64,000 bases of DNA from Pseudovirgaria hyperparasitica (taxonomy: Eukaryota). Under the pieces are notes generated by a model that was not told the origin of the DNA, ran no database searches, and worked only from the letters and a program-made list of their open reading frames with translations. Below, piece after piece: positions 57,827 to 64,000 of this stretch. Where the stretch lies: NCBI GenBank assembly GCA_010093815.1, contig ML996577.1; one strand, 5' to 3'. Both the position numbers and the translations under genes were made by a program. Each line of letters starts with the position of its first letter. The first letter of the stretch is position 1.

Positions 57827-60800
57827 AGAATACCTTACTTCTTACCTTTTTCATTGCTATTTGGCCTCTGTGCTGGATACAAGGAAGAAACTGTCTCTTC
57901 TTGGTCTGTCTTGAAATTTGGCGTTGAGCTGCACCTATCTCGTGTTTCTGACGGGCGTACCACGGTGAAGACGCTGCTATTGAAGGAGTGTGAAGTCCCG
58001 ACTGCCCTGTCCACGTATATCATTGCAAGATCTTACAATACATCAAGCTACTTTGAGCTCCTCTTGCCTTAAGCTGTTTCCATATCAAAACGAAGCTTAG
58101 CCTTTGCCAGTGGGACGAAATAACTTCTCTTTACATGAAGCCCTTCCACGAGGCAAGTCCAGTTCGAGATCTTATCACTGGAAGAACAAGTGGCGGCAAT
58201 CTCTTAAGCTTTCAGCGTTTCCAAGAATAAGCTATGCTAGTTTTAGAGCCCACTGATAAGAAGATTGTGACCGCGAAATGACAGTGGCGAGTGTGTTTGA
58301 GGTTGTGAACCTTCAGACGAGATGTCGAGACCTTGAAGTATAGGTCAGCCAAACCACCCAAGTCTCTACGAAAATCCTGTGGAGAATAGACCTAACCTTC
58401 TACGGATGATAGATGAGATCAATAGCCGATGAATTATGACTTGCCTGTACTACGCTTTGGTCAGAGCAAGCTTTGAATCAAGAACGAGACCACGACAGTC
58501 TCTAGCAGATCGAACACTCCACCTACGAACCGACATAGCAGAGAAGCAGAAATAGCTAGAGATTGAAGCAGATACTAGCTTGGACATGAAACATACACGC
58601 AGAGGCAACACGGCATTCCATGCAAATTCAAAATGTGCGTTGTAACTACGCCTACAATTTGGACCCACTGTGGCCAGATCCGCACATAACATCAATTAGT
58701 GGCGTACTATGGGAACCAGAGAAGATGTAAGGCACGGAAAAAACGCTGTAGCACTGGTATTAATGGCATAGTGCAAGAACTTGAGATCTGGAGCTGCACA
58801 GTACAAGATCTTAAGACAATGTGTACGGTGTATCGCTATCATATGAGAAAAGATACCACATGTGCGCTATCTTGCCTGAAGCAGTGACATGCCACGCCTC
58901 GTAGGCTCAAAGCATCGCCATCTTTTCTTGCAAGGTTTCTCTGTGTACCGCCCCAATGTAGAATGTACAGGACAGTCTACGTGCCAAAAGATATGATTCC
59001 GTATTACACTAGCCCAATGCATTGTTCCATTCCGACTCTTTCTAGCAAATGTGGTTTCCATGCTGTGGGTGGTTATGCAGAATGAGGCCCGTTTCGAAAT
59101 TGCGGAGAGCAAGGTGTCTTTGGTATCTACGGACATGTTTTAACATATCTCTTTACATTCGCAAGTGTAGAGTATAGGGACAACATGACCGTTGTGAGCA
59201 GGCCGCGTGCAGCAGCTATTGAGTTATGATTAGCGAAAAGACATGAAGCACCCGGCCAAGAGCATGACTTACAGGCTAACACACCGTTTACACCCCGATG
59301 GCCATATAGTCTATGTTGCCAATCCCTAGTAGTATCCTATGCACGAGGTGCGCCGATAGCTAAGATCTGTGCTTCCTCGTTGGCAGGTATACCAAATGTT
59401 CTGATTTCTGCGCGGCCACAGCGCCCATTACAGCTATGCCCCTCTTGCACGTCCCGCGTATGTATTCATGGCTTTGTCTTCGCATTGTCCAATACTACGA
59501 GCACAGGACTTCCTCCATCGAAAAATCTCTTTCTGTCGTCTTTCCAGCCCCAATTCCCATATTTGGTCGCACTCTCTTCGCATCTTAAGGCGAACGTCGT
59601 AGTCTGCAGCACGCCAAAGCAGTCGTCACCAAAACAGGGAATGCCGCAGCGAGCGCTTCATTGGCCAGCTAAGCAGGCTTCTTTCTTCCTTCGGAGCAGG
59701 AACGAACCATCGCCAAACCATGGGCGCAGCCCCACGTAGTCCAAAGCTTATTCCAACCACTGCAATGCTATGTCTCTTGAGCCTCCGCATATCGATATAT
59801 ATGTATTGGATGGGGGCGAGTCTGGAATGCGCAAGGCCGCCGGCATGAGGAAAACGGCGGGCTTTGGGTGCTCGAGGGGCAGGTCCTACGAAGGCGAGAC
59901 TTCTGTGTTGCAATTTGGCGCAAGTGACATGGCGCATGAGAGCAGGAAGAGACTAGAAGTAAATTAGCTACCATATGATCGCCTTTAACTGTATGCGCAA
60001 CCCATGTTGGTGCGTGATGACACGACTGGCTTGAGTCTGGACGGCCCGCCTGAGCGGTTTGCGGTACATTTCCAAACGCCAATAAGGAATGGCCTCGTTT
60101 GTTTGAGCTTCTCTATAAGCGCATTGCCTGTATTGATTGTACTTGTTTGCTCAGCGTGCTGCATCTCCTGATACGCAGCCGACTGATCCAGCTTTGGGCC
60201 TCCATGCTCTTGCGCATCCCTCTATCTGGCGTGCGAGCAGGCCTGATGTACGCCGAGGGCAGTGTTCGATGCGTCTCTGCTCCTGATATTTCTTGCCCAT
60301 CCGACGTAAGGGTCTCGCCTTCGGAGGGCATCGTAGTAGAGATTAGGATGGCATTATCATCCTAGCGCCCTACTCTATTAAGAATTTAGTATAGGCGGGT
60401 CTCACAAACGTCTCGGCGCTATTCTTTTCATCATAGTATAAACTTACCCTGACACGATAATTGCCATCGATGCCAAATATCTTACGATCATGAGGTGATG
60501 GGGACCCTACTCATCTGCGAACGGCGAGGATGATACGTCTGCCGCATAATCTTGGTGTTTGTATAAGTGTCGAAGTTGGGAATGCAAGGCGCAATCTTTG
60601 GGACGTCAGAGAAGAACTCTCGCCGGCTGGTATACGGATAAGCAGGAGTATGAATCGTGCCTGCTCTTGCAGTTGCAGTTGCGGCCGAGTGCTTGGATTG
60701 TTTTCATATGCTCTTATTTCTACCAGTTCCGCTGCTGTAAAGAGGATTCGTAATTCGGCTTGTGTGAAGAGGTCCGTCCGATTGACCGAGGGATCCATTG

Positions 60801-63800
60801 TCGGTGCTCCCCAATCAATATATGCTCGAGCTATACAATATGACCAAAGTATATACTAGAAGAGTAAAGAGCTGGAAGAATGAAAAATGTCGTAGTTTGG
60901 ATGTTCATATTCTGTGAACGGAGCTGGTGGAGTTTCTGCAACACTAGCTTAATCTTGCTAACGCTCCCTGCAACCAAAGTCGCCCCATGCCCGGCGACCA
61001 CGTTTGGGTCCTCGCACTTATATACAAAACATACGTTCTACCGATGGCCATCAGCGGCTACCATGTCATTGCTCAATTACATCTTGACCGAGGTCTTACA
61101 CTCAGAAAATGGGAGAGCAGAGATGCTTGGCCCAGCAGTACGAGTCTCTGCACACAAGCAGTCAACTTCTTGCCAGATGTCTAGCAGGATGTGACGAAGC
61201 CCACAGCATTTCAAATCTTTACCTTATGGACTTATGCTAATTCCTTTATAACCCATCGCCTTCGACGGGCCCGTCGGATGCAATCTTCTCTATCCTATTC
61301 AACAGCACCACGGCTCTACAGTTCGATTGAGCAGGCAATAGGAGGCACCACATAGACTATCGAAGACTGGAGAGCTCGGAGCAAAGCAGGTTGCACTACA
61401 CAAGCAAAGTCTACCCGATCATTATGCTGAAAAGCAGGACTATCTCTATCTAGTGCACATGCACTGTCCTAATTTCAATCTGCAATTGCCTACGCGAGTA
61501 CCATCATGAGCCCAATACTATAATCAAATCATAGCCTGATAGCGGATGGTGATTAGAATGGAGATGTACTCCATAGGGTTCCCAAAATTTTTGTTAAGAG
61601 AAAAAGTGGATTTTGTATGACTACAATAAATGCTCGGGCAGGATTCCAAGGAGGGTATACACTGCCAGGTTGCGAAATTGCTCAAATACCAATTCATATG
61701 CTCTTCGATCTCTGTACTCATATGGGGGGTCAGGCGTCGTGTTGAGGTTTGTGATTATTGTATGACAGGTCACAGAAGTGAGAATAGATGATGTTTGAAT
61801 CCTAAGTCGCTCATGAGTGTTGATAACGGCAATTGGCAAATTATCAAAATACAATAGTGTGGATCTTGGCCTAAGAGGTGGAGACTCCGTACACGTAAAG
61901 CATGGAAAGGAGGAGCAAAATTAGCCAAGTGTCCAGAGTGCACCGCTATCTATAATCCAAGGCTTGTATTAGAGTAACAGCTAGGAATGCAGAAGAAGAT
62001 GGTCACTGCTCAGTGGAACGTAGAATAAGCAATTACATAGACATACATGAAGCTAGATATCACAAAGAAGGTGTTTACAATTACGTTACTTCCTAATCTT
62101 CAAGGCTGCAGACCTACATGCCGATGAACTACCTATCTAAGAAACAAGATTGCTATCGTACGTCGTGATGGGAGTGAAATGCAATGCTACACGGTGGGAA
62201 AGATTAGTTCCACGTGTATCCAATCATTACAATCGAAGCGAACAGTGCCCAATGACGCTCGACAGGCCGTAGCTATGGTGGTCGAAGCTTTACCCTTAGC
62301 GAGTTCTTTGTTGACGTGTGTCTCCCTGTCCCACAAATATATTTTCTCCCAGCTTCCCCCAACTACCTATCCACCATCACACAATTCAAGACCTTCCTCA
62401 ACTTTTCTCTTCTCATCAATCTCTTGCATCTTACTTATTAACCTATCATTATACAAACGATGATTCCTTATCTTGCCGGAATACTCGTCGGTCTATACCT
62501 GGGTTTGCTCTACAGGTACTTGCTGGTGGACCCACAGTACCAAATAGAGGTCTTCATTTACGACACTCCTGCTGCACGACAGCTGCTTTTGAACTTGATG
62601 AGACTCGGCGTCGTACCTTAGACTGTTGATGGCTCGTCTACATTTGTGCTGTAAGTGGCATCAATACAGTACCCTAGATGGGGCTTAACGATCGACTCTT
62701 GCACAACTACTAACTTCAAGCAGCTGATGACCTTGCACGCACTTGGTGTTTTATTATGGCATCAATCTCCACTTCCATTTTTCAGACAGGTATGTTTATC
62801 TCTCCCTTGGTTCACGAGCCTAAGATTATGATGATATATTCATACACTTCATCTTCTTGAATCTCCATGATAACACAATTCACTGATTTCCAATCTCCCT
62901 TTGCTTCTCTAAACACATCTCAGAACATTACATTTGACTGACTTGCCTCTTACAGAGTTTCATGATACCTCCCGTCTCGATACTAGCATCTTGCATGGTA
63001 TCACAGGCGATGTCGTGTAGGCTCTTCCTCTCAGTACACCTGCGTAGCCGGTCTTGAATGGTAATGGTATCTTGAGAAGTAGCAGAGTAGCCAAGTAAGT
63101 TTCCTCTTTCCTCTCCCGATATACTGAAACATCAGTATCTTCAGTGACATGTTTACTTGGTCTTGCTCGGACAAGCTACAGGATACAGGATATCACCTCT
63201 CATCAAGCGAGCATCTGCTAATTCGACGCACAGTAATATTACAAAGTCCTATATATCGGCAGCTCATGCCATGGTCTTCTCTACTTTCATGTGCTCAATC
63301 ACAACATTTGGCACACCAACCCTAGAGGGGCTTGGCTTTCAATGCTTTGACCTGCGAGGTGTGTGCCTAGAAAGAATAGACGCACAAGTTTACACTTCCG
63401 TGCTATCTCAAGGCAATGATAGTGCGGTCTTTCTATGCGAACAAATTATTGAATGCAGACATAGGTTCAGATCAAGACAGATTGAAGAGATTTCATCGCT
63501 AAGTCCATCGATTTTATCTGCATTACTCTCACTGACCACCATTCCCAGATGCTCAATCAAGACTATGTTCGTCAAATCTGTCATAAGATATGGACAGATC
63601 AGCTGAGTTGTTTCCTAGCCTCGCTTTCACACACCTCGCTAACTATTCCCATGAATTTCATCCTTCCATTTAGCAGATGCAATTGCATCTTGACTCTCTG
63701 TACCTTGGCTTCTTTGTCGTGTCGTGACTAGCTAAGTATCGTATCCCTCATTCTTGAACTTTTACTGACATTGCCGCATCAACATACTTTAGATTTAGAT

Positions 63801-64000
63801 GACTGAGTATGACTTTAGTCTGCCTCGCCTGGCTCAAGACTTTGGGGTTAGCTGAATTATAGCTACACTCTAGTGACAAAGAGCAAGATCATCGTAGCTA
63901 GTCTGCGATGCAATGGAGACTCCTTCCGGTCATCAATCCTAGAACTTGGTAGCTAATACATTGCATACATCGCAGTGGACTTCCTCAATATTCGGTCTTT

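Overview
Eukaryotic DNA from a filamentous ascomycete (short GT-AG introns with CTAAC/CTGAC branch sites; RIP-like transitions in repeats; probably a Dothideomycete, which is an inference). Bases 1-42.3 kb are gene-dense and include an APH-like phosphotransferase, Mso1, Gyp7, RidA, an Itt1-type RBR ligase, Cwh8, an Sld7-like protein, an MFS transporter, Med6, a MAPEG protein, a divergent GlyRS and several orphan ORFs. This part ends in a compact putative fungal RiPP (dikaritin-like) locus: a P450, an unannotated 53-aa secreted peptide ending DDYLGGFFK, a UstYa/DUF3328 oxidase and a Pth11-like membrane protein. Bases 42.3-64 kb hold almost no recognisable protein genes but much non-coding structure. 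It contains (i) a U6 snRNA gene with substitutions that look compensatory, (ii) a 345-bp fold-back and nearby hairpins, (iii) an array of about 17 conserved 27-bp hairpin-forming repeats separated by 23-38-bp dissimilar spacers (CRISPR-like in dimensions, no cas genes), and (iv) three TATA-driven, hairpin-rich units with Sm-type sites and a shared downstream box that match no canonical snRNA I recognise. All calls are by eye; no searches or folding programs were run.
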